A stretch of DNA of 64,000 nucleotides from Ptychomitrium polyphyllum (Eukaryota). The notes beneath the pieces were generated by a model. The model was not told the origin of the DNA. It did no database searches and saw only the letters and a list, made by a program, of their open reading frames with translations. The stretch lies in contig OZ316775.1 of assembly GCA_973851085.1 (NCBI GenBank), positions 12,958,001 to 13,022,000 of the forward strand, read 5' to 3'. Positions 1-13,713 of the stretch are shown piece after piece. Each line of letters opens with the position of its first letter. The first letter of the stretch is position 1. The position numbers and the translations under genes were made by a program.

Positions 1-1168
1 TGTTAGCTTCATGGAAAAGTTTTTTTATAGAAAAGTATAAGAAAAAGAGAGATATATCCAAACTTCCAATTGTATGCAGCATTGTTTCCAAAATAGATCA
101 CTTCTAGATCCTAGCTAGTATGTCAAATCTTCATGTTATTATAAATATACTTAAAGAGCCATCGGCCGTGCTTTCTCCAACAGCAACACTTATTGAATCA
201 ATTTAACTTTTTCAGCCTTCAATTACAAAGGATCTAAGCCAAGATATGAGAGGGACATTCCAACGTCAAGTGTAACCTCGTACAATAGTATTGACTAGTT
301 GTTCTTTTCATTCTAGTCTTGATTTAGAGGCTTGCGTTCTTGTCATCTTGTAAAAAATTAGAAGAGTCACTCCTAGAGGACCCGTGATCCTATTTGGAGG
401 ATGTTTTGGAAGCCCTAATTAAGATCAAATCTTAGGTTATGACATTTCAACAACAAAAGTCTTTGTAGGTGGTTGTTGACGCTTCTTGTATAGACCAGTT
501 GATGACGCTTCTTGCATAGTTCAGTTGAATTAGTGGGCAAAGAACGACCAGCTAAATATGCTGCTTTTCATTTGTGACAAATTTTGGAATTTGTAGAGAT
601 TTGACAAGCAAGCCAAATGAAAAGCACTTTCTAGAATTTGTCGGTAAAGGGGGTAATGATGTTACGGACATAGATTATGCAACATAATCATTAAAACCTT
701 TTAAGTTCTTTGGATATGCTATAGTATCTTCTTAGAATACTTTCAATGTCTTCATAACCGTTTCTATTGCCTTGGAAAATTTCCTAACAAAATTCTACCA
801 CCTCAAAAAACTTATTGAAAAGGTTCCACCACTTTAGGAAATTTCCAAGGAATGTACCAATTCCTTGGAAGCTTCTCAAGAAAGCTCCACCATCTTGGAA
901 AACTTCTTGAGAAGATTCCATAGGCTTCTAGAACATTCTTAAACCTTGTAAGAAGCTTTCCAAGAAGTATTCTGGAAGATACAAGTGTCATAGTATAAAT
1001 AGGAGGCAAAACAAGGTATACTTTAATCTTGCCAATACAAAGTGTGGATCATATTATATATAGCGTTTTTCTAGTCTTTGTATTTGTTTTTGTTAATCAT
1101 TAGCTCTTTACAAGCTAATTCTTGGGAAAACACTTTGTTCTTTATTCTTGTTTCTTGTGTCCTTAACA
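1..1168 (+). mobile_element. 3' end of a degenerate Gypsy-type LTR retrotransposon (internal 3' region, PPT, 3' LTR)
   Basis: A purine-rich tract AAAGGGGGTAATGA (646-659) directly precedes a TGTTA...TAACA-bounded segment at 660-1168. That segment is homologous to the solo LTR at 18735-19241. The upstream internal region has no intact ORF. Confidence 0.8.
660..1168 (+). repeat. LTR (~509 bp)
   Basis: TG...CA ends with a TGTTA/TAACA terminal inverted repeat, an internal TATAAATAGGAGG TATA box, and end-to-end similarity to the reverse complement of 18735-19241. Confidence 0.85.
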
Positions 1169-1742
1169 TACGTGAACAAATTAGGAAATCAAAGGACCAT
1201 AATTGGCAAGATGATTCATATTAATTGACAAAATATTTGTTATCTACATTCTATTTCATTGGCTCTTGCCAAAATTTTCAATCGCAATTTACCTTTGTTT
1301 AAGAATAATTACCAATCCACCCAGGAAACTTTTTTATCCATGCTCTTATTAACTTTTTGTGTGAAACCCTCTTCCAGAAGCACCTTTTTATATTAAAGAG
1401 ATGGCTCTGCCTCTCTTATGTCTACTTTAATCTGAGCTGCCCACTAAGTTACTTCTTTCTATAATGCCTGGAGGACTTTTGTTTCTCTTTGCAAACACAA
1501 GAAAACTGAGTTGAGCTTTTCAATGTGATGGTTCCAATCAAGCAACTTCAAATATTCCATACAGTACAAGGCCTTGAGTGATACAACTTTCCTCGCACTG
1601 GAAAAAATTATGATGTTGTGGGATAGTTTAGTTTGGTACTACTGTAGGGAGTTCTTGTTTCTCAAATAGAAAATTTTGTTAGATCCCCCAAAAGCAATTT
1701 TTTTTGATAAATACAATAAATATGAAACAGCCCCAGAGCACA

Positions 1743-1773
1743 CTAGGCATATGGCAGGGTGGCAACCCTGCCA
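1743..1773 (-). mobile_element. Helitron-like 3' terminus (GC-rich hairpin + CTAG)
   Basis: Perfect 9-bp stem TGGCAGGGT-ggca-ACCCTGCCA (1752-1773). On the minus strand it is followed 5 nt later by CTAG and then T. The adjacent sequence is AT-rich and CpG-depleted. Confidence 0.4.
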
Positions 1774-4700
1774 GCAAATGTTAAATGTTTGTATAGATAT
1801 AAAATAAAATATGGCCTAGAATATTTCAAGTTATTTTAGTTTCTTGTTTTCATGATTTTCCCAAAAAATTGTTAAATTTTTGTCCTATTTTGGTTTTAGT
1901 TTTTTTGATTGGTTTTCTTTCTTCTTTAGCCATGCTGTGTATTTCTGGCTAGAATAAGCACAATTTAAATATAGGATGCTACAATTTGTAACACAGGGAA
2001 CAAAACATCTAATCAATGGTAACAAGCTCACCTTTAACTTCTGTCGTCTTTTGCTTGTCACATAACAATGAAACGAAGTCATTCAGAAATAACATGCTAA
2101 TTTATGAGAAGAATGCCAGAGAACAGTGAATTCAGCCATGAAGATCTGAAGGCATGCAGGCTGCTGCAAATTATAGGTTTCAAATATTCTTATTGATTGG
2201 ACACTGTGTGCCCATACAGATTGCTTTAAATGAAAACACACTTGAAAGAGAGCAGTGAGGCAGAAGCACAATGCTGAGATTAAAAACTTGAATTACTTCA
2301 GTATTTCCCACCAAGTATGCCACAATCCACAGATGACAGACCCTGCAAGATACCCAGTTGTTTTTTACTCTAATCAGGACCCAGGTGAAGCCATCTGAGA
2401 ACCTTCCACAAGGGTTGGACCTTTGCAATGCCAAAGTAAAGTTGGCAAATACTAGAAACCAAGTAGATGCAAGCTTCCATAGAAAAGTTGGCAGTCTTGA
2501 CTCTTTGTGGACAGTGATGTAAATCTACAGCTTTGTTGCAACATGTTCTCTGACCAGCAACTTTGTACACAAATGGCACCATGTATTGAAGATAGAAAAT
2601 TATCATGAATGGAGATTTACTCTCAATAACATCAATCACACTGGAAGTGGTTTCAAATTTTTAATTTACAGTGAACTTTCAAGGTGGTCAAAGTAGCTGT
2701 TAGAAATAATGACAAAGTAAAATATTATAGCTCCTTTTACATATCATAGTTTACAATATGTGATATAATTTGTGTTGTTGTAAAGAAGCATGTGACTTCT
2801 GTAATAAAATTCATCTTTAATTCAATTATTTTAAGAATCATAAATATGGTTTAACTCATACCTTCTCACTAAAGCCATTCTCAATTAATCTTGACTATAT
2901 GTATATATTAGAGACTTTAGAATAATTTGGATGATAGAATGTATCAAAGATAAAAAACTTTGGAATTAATTAATAGGGATTGACATAACTTCATTTATTT
3001 ATAAATGATCACGATTTTGTTGGTTTTTAATATACTTTGAAAACTGATGTATATTTCTGATTAAGTATTGAATGTTTTAATAATCCAACAACTAGTACAT
3101 GGCCTAGATAGTTCACTAAGAATAGCAACTCATATGATTAGTTTAAAAAAATTATTTTATGCATTAAATTACGTTTCAGTAATCCAAATTAATATAATTT
3201 GGTGACTTGTAAAATTCAAGGTTTAAAATGGTTTTGGAAAAAATCATCAGTATGCCTGGTTGTTTGCAATTAGAAGCTTGGAAGATTATATTTAATTCAT
3301 GTTTTTGTAACCTGTTGTTGAAGTATATCATAGAGAATTCTATTGCTGTATTTAAAAAAATTAGTGACACAAAAAATATCAAACTTTAATATAAAATAAC
3401 AATAAAAATTCACACTACGAATTCATACTTAAGTGATGAAAATTTCAAGATCTTTGGCCATTGATTTCAGACTTTTACGGTTTTAAAATGTATAGTATAC
3501 TTTCAGAAACCTCCTTTACTTTTGAAAAGTATGGAAAATGAAATTTATACTATATCTTGTCACAAGAATTACCATCGAAGTTGCTTCACTTCTTCCCTGC
3601 ATTCTTTATGAGTTTGTGGTATGTTAATTTAATCATCTCGATGAAGTAAAAAATAGAAACCATGCTTTCTGGAGGTCAGATAAGGCTTCTCAGTCCTTAA
3701 AAGAGCTTATAAAGTAAATTTTCTGCCAGTTTTGTTACTTACTCGGCTTGGATTCCATATGATCTGCTTTATGCGCTTGTGGATACCGTTGATTAAAGAT
3801 CTATTTCTCTCGAATTTCTTCAAAAAAATGAGCCTAAATTAAGTTAGTAATGGTAATATAGTAATTGCCTCCGCTAGGGGACAAGTTGACCAGCTGATCA
3901 GATCTGACATGCCATTACGTCAGGAGTGCAAAACTCCAATGGTTTAAAACGGTGCCTAATTCACACAGTGCATTCTTTCTTCGAACAAATGACATCACAA
4001 AGTAGAGGCATCACCTGACCAAAAGGTTTTGTAGAAGAAAAAAGAGCTGCGACAGTTAATGCTTGACTTATTATTTCCCAATTGTTGATGTATTTGTATG
4101 AATTCCCAGAGTCCATGTACTGGCCAGTATCCATCGGTGATGCTAGCATCTAGACCCACTCATATCAATATATGATTCTAGAAACGTCGTACATGCTGTG
4201 GTAGACAACCATATGCTGGTAATATAACTGTACTATATTGTATTCCATACAAATGATAATTCTCTACACTATGCTTATCCTTGACGCAAAATCAACAAGG
4301 GGGGAGATAATGGAAATGTAGAACACAGTACTGTATAGCAAGTGAAACAAAGTTACTGAGTAATTTCAAATATTTGGTAATTTGAAATTCAACAAAAGTC
4401 CATACAGAAGTTGAAAGAAACTCCTATGTACACTAACTCCGAAATAAACAGACACCAATAGGACCAGAAAGTTCGATATTAAATGGTATTTAGTGTAGGC
4501 TGGAGAGGTAGTAAAGCTGAGAGGGGACCAAAAGTAAGAGCCGAAGCTGCAGGCAAGCAGGCCCCGCGTGTGCACTTGGGAACCACGACACTCTGCCGCG
4601 TTCACACCACCTCTCCCAACCCCCCTCCCGAGACCCCGCCATAAAGGCCCCTGAACCAACGGAGGAGCTTCCGTGTCCAACCCATACTTGGCATCACCAC

Positions 4701-5727
4701 ATCCATGATGCCTAGGTCACAACCGGCTAATTTTGGCTGAGCTTAGGGCGTCTTAATGTTTTGCCATACCGGGCTTGTAGCGACGCTAATCAGCATTTTC
4801 CAACGACCTCAGCTCCTAAAAAAAGCTACTATAAAGCACGAACGACTGAAACAGCATCTACGTTCACTGGCCATCTTCCTAGCTCTAGAGGGTGGTCTTT
4901 TCATGTGTGCAAGCAGGCTAGAATTTGATCAATTTACAGAGAGAGCGAGAGAGGAGAGAGAGAGAGGAAATGTATGAAAAAATATTTGGACAAACTCTTT
5001 GTATTTTAGCCAAATATTTGTCCACAAATACCGAAAATATTTTGGTTGGCCAAATATTTTGAAATCCAGATAATTATTAGAAACATTTTTCGCCTTAACA
5101 AGCAGCTACAAATGAAGTGTTGCTAAAGCTGCAAGCAAAAGTGTAGACTGTAGAATGACAATATTCTTTTACTTTCTAAATTTCTACGATAGCCATAATT
5201 ATTCTATCATTCATATAATAACTAGATGATACCTGGGAATACCTGGGAATACTTGGGTGATACAGTCGTAATATTTAGCTGTACACCTCATTTTTTCATG
5301 TGGACTTTGGCTGCTTTATCGTCCATATTTTCAAAAATGCTTTGTTAAAATGAGCCATGGACTTTCACGTGTAGGGAAATGGCTAAAAAATAGCAGAAAA
5401 GGAAACAGGGGAGAGTGAGCACTGATGATTCTCATTCATTGTTTGTTTGCCATCACTCGGTTGGTTGAATAGGACGAGGATGCGGGACAAGCACACAGGA
5501 CGCTGATGAGTGAACGCCCAAGCCTGGGGCCACTTGGAAAAGAGGAAGGGAGGGAGGGACGGATGGGAGGCAGGCAGCGAAGGAGGCACAGCGTCTTAGG
5601 GGAGTGTAGACTTTTGCGTCGTCAGAGTAGACTGGGCTCGTTACGGTGGTCATGCGCCTAATTCCGGCTGCCTCTCACTCTCGATGCGATCGCAACCTTT
5701 GGCCCCGGCGGAGTATCTTCAGCTTTC

Positions 5728-6042
5728 ACAGAGAGAGCGAGAGAGGAGAGAGAGAGTGAGGAAGACGGGAAGTTTTGGTGCAGAGTCTAGTGAGTGGCTG
5801 CTGAGTGGCGCGTGGTAGGGTACAATTGTGACAGGAGGAGGAGCAGGACAGGACGGGTGGCGGGCGAGGGAGCAAGCGAGGGCTCGAGGAGATTGAAAGA
5901 TGCGATCTCAGAGGAGTGAGTGGCTTTGGATTGCGTGTGAGGATAATTTTGACTTTCTTGGAAACTTTCACGGACATGGCGATTGAAGCTTTAGTTTGGA
6001 GTTAGTGGAGGTTGGCTGTAGCAGGCAGAGAGAGAGAGAGAG
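5728..6042 (+). repeat. GA-rich/GAGA tracts in the presumed promoter/5' leader of the DUF547 gene
   Basis: (GA)n runs at ~5730-5760 and ~6028-6042 within a CpG-retaining region upstream of the first coding exon. Confidence 0.6.
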
Positions 6043-7230
6043 CTGGAGAACTAACTCCTGTACAGGGAGAATTCAGAGATCCAGTAGTACGAATGCAGTT
6101 TTAGTTATTAAGGAAGAGGGAGGGGGAGAGAGAGTGAACGGGAAAAAGTGGGGGGGGGCGGGTGGGGGAGGGGTTTGTGTCGCGGAGTTGAACCAGGGCT
6201 TTCAGTTTTCTTGGAATGTGGAAGCGGAATACTTGATTGCTCAGGCTCGCTGATTCCGGTGTAGGTTCACTTTGCTGGTCTTCTGGACGTTTCCGTAGCA
6301 AGGAATTGAGCGTAGCCCGCCGGGCTCCGTTTTCTTGTGACTCGCATTGCGGTGGTGTTTGTATAGGAATTTTGGTGTCATTTTCAAGTTTGATGGTGGG
6401 GTATGATGCTGAAACTTGGAGCTCTCGAGCTTGATTTCCCATGCCATTCTATGATTGAAGCGGGGATGCGGCGACTTTGTTGAACGTATTTTCAGGTGTG
6501 GCGTGGTGGCGGGCTGCCTTGTCATAAACCCCTGGGAGCTCAATGAGGGCGAGATGCCTGTGTAAAACCTCGTCAACGATTAGGACGGGTGCTGGCTAAA
6601 TGGACGCATCGAATACAACTGCTTGGCCTGGGTAGGAAGCGCCACCGTGTTTGCGTATTTTCCATTTCTAATCTGAATTTGAAGTTGAAGAGAGCTCGTT
6701 TTGCCGTCGCTGAGGTCTTCCACCTGGCAATCGGAATATGTTAGCAGGTCAATCCTAGAGCAACCTCGTCGAATGGACCATATTACTTAAAGCCTGGTCA
6801 GGACAGAGGTGGTTGCGTAAACGCTGCTTCTGCAGCAGGAGAAACACTGCTATCTCAATGTATGAAGAATTACGGCATGGAAGTACATTCTTTGTCCTGG
6901 AACTGATCGCTGTATCCCGAGATTTAGGACGCTTTTGAGTTAGCAAGGCGCACTTTCTTTGCGTCATGCACTGCTGCAACAGGACTTTACCTATCTATCT
7001 CCGCAAGGACAGTACTAGTACGATTCTCGTGCTCACTTAAGCTCCCAGGTCTCACTCCTACAAGAGTTTACTTACGGAAATTATATCTGGTAGCTAGACT
7101 AGAGTTTTTAAAAGAAAAATAAAACGAAACAAGTGAGGAAATTGGAACGAAGCTGGCTGCAGTGAATACGAGAGGGTAACTGCTGGAGTTAAGGGCGCAG
7201 AAGCAGTAGGCGAATGAGGAAGGGGAGAAT

Positions 7231-10200
7231 ATGGTTATGATGGAACCAATTGAGTGCGGCGCAAGACAGTGGGAAAGTCGCCGTGATAGTACCGACATGG
7301 TTTGTTTGTCACCATTTTCTGCCTCGTATGGAGGTTCTCCTCCATTGCTGAGGAATAATGTAGGCACTTCCCTGAGTGACCATCGAGCTGAGCTAGAGGT
7401 AAAGATAACATAACTTTTGCATTTCCTTGTCACACTTACTGTTCAGTGAAGCATACAGGTCTTTGGTGTGCGCATGCTTGTGTCTTTCTTTCTCTCACCT
7501 CTATTGTTTGTCAAGCTGCAAAGGATTTGTTCACATTTATCAGTAAAGTGTAAGGATGCATACCTCAAATGCCGGGTTCAGAGCTCGTGATTATGCAGTT
7601 CTTCTGCACATTTTAGACACTGAATGGGGCTTTCAGCCTAGATTTTATCTCTGAAGCTTCTCATTGGTACAGAAGAAGGCTTCCTCGTGCTCTAGTTGGA
7701 CAGTTACCTTCTAATCTTTTTTACATATCATCCATGGTTTGTAGATCTTTAGTTTTTAATTCTCTTTCCCAGCTCTCTCTCTGCGAGCGACGTGTTTCTG
7801 CTTTACATGTCGAACGAGAAAATCTTTTGCGTAACTACATGAATAGACTGTCCTTTTGATCTGTGCTACCTTTGGCCTCTTACAGGTTTTCTTCGTTTTA
7901 AACTTCTGTTTGTATGATGGGCTTTAATTTAAAGATGCCCGGGTAGATCACAGCCATTATGACACGAGCTTCACTTACCAAGAGTCGCAGTTGAAAAACT
8001 CTTAACTTAATTATTTCTAGCTTGGGAGGCTGTAGGTGTTGGAACATCGAGAAGCTTTCAATACCTGATGATTTTGGGGAGACTTCCATCACTTTTCTTG
8101 ATTTTGCAAATTTGGAGTATGCTATTAATTAAACAGGGAATCACGTTGGTACATCTAGGCAAGCCTCGCATATTGCTTTGCTATCTGTGGCCTTAAAGTA
8201 GTCCGGAGCATAATCCTTAATGATTAGCGACGTCATTGTGGATGTAAAGTGTTTCTGTTCCGCTCTTATTACAAATTTAGTTTGTGTTTCTAGAAGCAAC
8301 TTTGTGCCCTCTTACTTTTTAGCCTCGTCAAATTCGTGTACAGCTCTTGAGCTAAAAAAGTTTTTAGGTGTGTATGCAAATTGAAGAAGATGATTCGTCT
8401 CTTTCCGATTCTACTTCCTCTGAAATTGTCTGTATTAGTCCTCATTAGTGTTCTGATGAAACGGCTATGAGACTTGGTTCTAACTGGATGGCTCGTTGAG
8501 TTTGCAGAGGAAATGGAAATCTGACAAACTCGGACAACCAAAACGACGCTCGAATGTTTGCTCGGGGAGCCGGGTAAGTTGGTTAGATTAACGGTCTGTA
8601 GACTAGCATTCAATGAAGGATTCATCATTATCCAGACCAACGCATACTTCAGATTCGTTTAGAGATATATATATCGATTAGAAACTCGTAGGCTGCTCTA
8701 GAATGGAGGCAAACATCCAGAGTGCTTACGAAAATACAACATGGTTACGGTGAAGTTTGTAGGAAGAAACAAGAAGATGTATACAAGAAAATTTGTGTTC
8801 ACTTTGACCAAGTTTAGTACACCTAAGTGCAGCCAAGTACCGCCTGTCTAGTTAAACTGCTTTTAGAACAAGGAATATTTTGATTTGTGCAGATAAGTTT
8901 CCAAAAGGCTGCGCCACATGATTTCGGTATGAGTGGGCATGACAAGGTCGAAGAAAGGAGGTAAATGACTATTTTCCCCTTGAATATGCATGAAGGCGCA
9001 AGTCAAGTGCTCATCTTTACTTGCCTCTGAATCAGTTCGATGTTTCAAATTTTGTCGTTTGGAAGGTTTGGTCATTTGGACTAATCTGAGGCTGGATTTG
9101 CCTTTTCACTTTCATATTTCTTTACTTTTCAGCAATTAGAATTGCGTACATGAAAACCGCTCAGTGACTTTATAAGCTCTCTCTCAGCGAACTATTAGGT
9201 GAACAAATTGGTGGATCCAAGATTGACAGGAATTTATTTGCTTTATGCAGCTCGAGTTTGAACCAGGGTCGCAAACAGCAGAAAGTTCGGCAGTCTTTTG
9301 GCTCGAAAGTTTGTCTAAACCCGAAGTCTGTAGAGTCCTTACCCGATGTAAATGCGGTAGGCATATATTTTGTTACTGTACGTTCTACGTCCAGGCTTTT
9401 TTTTAAGAACTTTTTAAGCATTTCACTAAGATAGTTGAGTAGTTGTTTGCCTCTGAAGTCATCGTGTATCGGTCAGGACTTATTGCTCTGAATATGGTTA
9501 TTGCGGGTTTTCCATCGCATTTTAAAAGCTGTTGGCTTATTTCTGTGTACAATTACGTGAACTGTTGTTCAATAGGTAAGTGTCGATGAAGACCAGGACA
9601 ATTTATCGAACTCGAAGACCTTTGAACGTCTGGTGCAGCTGTCTGAACTCGAAGAGGAAGTAAGCTATCTCGTGGCTCTTTTAACTACGACTTTAGAAGT
9701 GGCGTTTTTCTTGTAGTAGTCTGTGATGCATTAGTTTGTTCCTAAGATCAAGAGTGAATGCAGGTCTTATTATTACATAAACGGTTGGCGGAGGAACTTG
9801 AGCTAAGAGCAGTATTAGAAAGTGCGTTGGAACATGCTTCAGGTCCTTTGACCACTTTTCCGCGTCATCTTCCAATTTCTGTAAGCCTTGAACTTCAGTA
9901 TGAAGATCCCAAGCTCAGCTTTACTTTTTAGTCTGGTCCTGTTCAAACTTCTATTTCATGTTTCCGTCTTGCTTTATCATTATAAGTTGGGGACGTCCTG
10001 ACGATTGTGTTTTCTACGGGGTGCAGGCCCAGGAACTTTTGGCCAATATTTCATTGTTGGAGGTAGCGGTTTTGAAATTAGAGGAGCAATCTTCAATTCT
10101 ACAGAGTGAAGTAGGGCAGGCTCGCACAGAGAGGGAGATAGCTGAGCTGAGGGTTTATTCAGCAGAAAGTGCACATTTTAGGTTGGAAGGATCTAATCTG

Positions 10201-13200
10201 CACTTAACTTCTTCTATCTCCAATGGAACTCGTAGAGACGATCACACCATTAAATTACCTGGCACAGATTTCGAGTCTGATGGCCAACATTTGAAGGCGA
10301 TTGCAACTTCGATATCGATAGAAACTACTCCTGGACAATCATACATGTCTCTTGGTTCCTCTACGCTCGAACAAGAATTGGAGCTTGGACAACCTCAAAA
10401 TAATTCGAAGGTGTGTTTCTTTCGGTTGGCCTTTATATTCAGCTGTTAGTTGTCCAATGGGAAGAGACATTCTACTTGGGTCGAAATTTTGCTGCTCTTG
10501 TATGGTTTGTTAAAATCTACGTGAATACCCGAACTCAGAAGTTTCTTATTGTTACTCGTAATCATATGTCTTTTGTTTTTTGACATCTGGCAGGAACAAC
10601 GGGCTCTCACGCTGCGGCAGGATCTTCGTTTGACGATTTCAGAATTCCCTGAAGACGACCATGCAACTGTGTTATCTTGGAACTTACGTCATGGATACGA
10701 TTCAATTAGTGATAGTCAGAGCCGAAGACTTAAACCGGTTTGGAAGCAGAATCCTTTAGAGGAGGAACAGCATTGGATACCTCTAAATGAGCATCATCCA
10801 CAAGCAATGTTTGCTGAAGCGTACTGTGACTCTCCTCAAGATTGCAATTTAGATCTCTGTCTTGAGACAAGAAGTTATGGAGAATACGGTGAGGATCCAC
10901 CTTATTTCTCTCCTGCTATCATAGCTGAAACTCTGCTACCACAATCCCCAGATCTGGCTGAGCTTGCTGAGGACGATGATAGGTCTTTCCTTCCTGTAGC
11001 TGAAGTTCTGTGGAAGCCCCCTATTGTAAAGCCTTCAGCATTTTCGAAGGATTTTGAAGACGAGATTCCAGTCGTGCCAGTATTGGCAACTAAACCGGAA
11101 TCGTGGAGCTTTACGTCTGAAGATGATCATCCCCGGCCGGAGAGTGGCTCCGTTCCTCACAGCATGATTTTCGAGGATCAGGCTTTGACACAATTGGCTG
11201 AAGCTCCCTCTGTTGATGAGGTTAGAATTCCCTTCCCCTCTGACAAATAATTGTTGTTGTGTACTTGTTAATTATCAAGAGCCTTTTGTTGCTTTGTTAT
11301 AGCTTCAGCCATAAATTCAAGTATATTGCATCGTATCCTTGTATCCAGTATAAAATGCAGTGTCGTCACTATTCTAACTTCTTGCCAGGCTGGTTACGGT
11401 TCCAAATTTTTAAGATTTTTGTCATGCAGCAAAAGACGAAGTACCGTATTGGCGTCATGAACGTTCGTGAACAGCGACGGCAGGGTATTTACGAAATGAA
11501 TTGTGAGAGAGTCAAGTCGTTGGGCTCCTCTCAGACTTCTAGCATCTCATCGGTAGCTCACTTTGAAACCTCGACACTCTTTCGGGCTTCAATTAACATT
11601 TGAGGAATATTTGAAGTGTATTTTGTATGGGATTTGAGAAAGTGTTACATTAATGCTATCCTATCCCTGAATTTCATTATCCTTAGAACAAAAGTACCAA
11701 CACTGATTTTAGTTCATCCTCTTGCAGGTTAAATCTGGTGCTATTCTGTCTCCAATATGGTCACCAGTAGACGTAGAGGCAGAGGAAGTGGATAGGTATG
11801 AATCACAGGAAAGTGTCGGGATAGACAATGATTACGATTCTGTTTTATCATTTAAGACGCCCAACGAGCTTTCGGAAGAAATGGTGCGCTGCATGATTAG
11901 TATATACCGCCACCTTGCTGATTCAAACAACGTACCTAGGGATTCTTCACTGCTAGATAGTATTCAATCTCCCACTTCACCCTTTGCAGCAACCAAGAGG
12001 TTGTCTGCATCCTCACTTTCTGAGTCATCTCTATTATCTTTCACTCGAAGTCCTCTTGTTGACCTTCGTAGTAAGGAGGTATTGGGAAATGACGCCTCTC
12101 CTGATCCCTTCAAGTCGAAGGGTAAGATTCCGTGGGCAGACATAGGTCTGTATGCTCATGTGTTGGAGCTTTCGTGGCTTACTGTGGGCAAAGACCAGCT
12201 TGAATTTGCGGCAGAAGCTTTGCGGAGTTTCAAGTAAGTGGAAATAATTACACTTTTTTTTTGCTGAAACGTTCAACCTTCTTAAAACATATGTACAGAT
12301 TGCTCTTATGAAACAAGTATGATCACTTGGGAGTATACATTTCTTCGAGAGTAATGGATCTTGAATTTGCAGGATACTAGTGGAGCAACTGTCCAAAGTG
12401 GATCCTTCAAATTTGAAACATGAAGAAAAGCTTGCATTTTGGATCAATCTCTACAATGCGCTTCTGATGCATGTAAGTTTTACCTTGATAGGATGTAAGG
12501 CTTGTAGATTATTAGAGGTTGAAGCTGGTAACCCTGGCATCACCTATCTGTGTGCTCGTTTTAATGTATTTCTTGGGCATCTTGTCATATATTCCTTAGT
12601 CTTAGTTATGCGTTGTCTGCAATATTTTCGTTTTCGTTTTTAAGGTTAGACTAAACTTGAAGTAGCCAAATGTTGCAGGCCTATTTGGCATATGGCATTC
12701 CAAGGAGTGACATCAAGTTTTTCTCCCTGCTTCAAAAGGTATCTCATAAACAGATTGCAAGATGGCTGGATGACTCCCTTTAATTATGCAGTTTGTAATT
12801 CCTCTATGGACTTTCTATGTATTTGTGTAGCTAAGTCGTAGTGCGCTTTGCAGGCAGCTTACACTGTGGGAGGGCACTCGTTCAACGCTGCTACGATGGA
12901 GTTCTGCCTCCTTAAGTCGAAGTCGACAGCCCATCGACCTCAACTTGTAAGCACATCGGCACTTGCATATCAAGAGTAGCTTATATATTTGGTCTGGATC
13001 AATCTGTTGGTGAAATTAGAGGCTTAATTCCTTTTTTGTTTCTGGATTTTTCTTACGACCGACCAATTTGATTCTTATATGCCTATACATACTGCTGCTG
13101 AAGAAATGGTTTCTAACACTTCCCTAATGACCCAGAGTCTCTTGATGTCCCTGCACAAGAATAAGCTTACTGAGGATCAAACTAAGTTTGGAATCAACTA

Positions 13201-13713
13201 TTCGGAATCGCTTGTGGGCTTCGGTTTGTGCAGTGGCACTCGGTCATCGCCCATGGTATGTGATTGTTGTTCATTAGAGCATGTCTTAGTTGATTGGAGC
13301 CGTTTCAAATTTTTAATGGTTTGTTGACGATTACAAGTTTGAAGTTCAGGTCCTGAAGATCTTATGAAACGTTTGGGTTCTGGCAGGTTCGAGTTTACAC
13401 ATCTAAACATGTAAAATCACAGCTTGAAGATGCGCTACGTGACTACACAAGGGCGGCAGTAGGAGTCTCAAATAAAGGCAGGTTGTTAGTCCCCAAGTTG
13501 CTTTACACTTACGCTCGCGAATTTGTAGAAGATGGCGACCTCTTGGATTGGATCTGCAACCGCCTCCCAAGCGACCAAGTAGCTGTTGTATTTGAGTGCA
13601 TTCAACAACGGAGGCATCGTATTCTCGGATCAAGAAACTTCAACGTCTTACCAAATGACTTCACCTTCCGCTACCTGTTTCCTGTGGAGGCTATCTCAAA
13701 GACGGTATTCTGA
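7231..13713 (+). CDS. Lzipper-MIP1 + DUF547 domain protein (multi-exon)
   Basis: GT-AG exons join in frame: 7231-7398, 8508-8573, 8893-8960, 9251-9356, 9576-9659, 9764-9880, 10027-10410, 10594-11220, 11728-12233, 12373-12472, 12679-12738, 12854-12946, 13136-13255, 13387-13713. Motifs: leucine zipper LSELEEEVLLLHKRLAEELELRAVLESALE...AQELLANISLLEVAVLKLEEQ; TPNELSEEMVRCM; DUF547 core EKLAFWINLYNALLMHAYLAYGIP...AAYTVGG...FGLCSGTRSSPMVRVYT. The 5' exons are less certain. Confidence 0.9.

Noticed and set aside
5403..5422. miR156-like sequence AAACAGGGGAGAGTGAGCAC
   Set aside because: Four mismatches in the 5' part and no complementary star arm nearby to form a hairpin.
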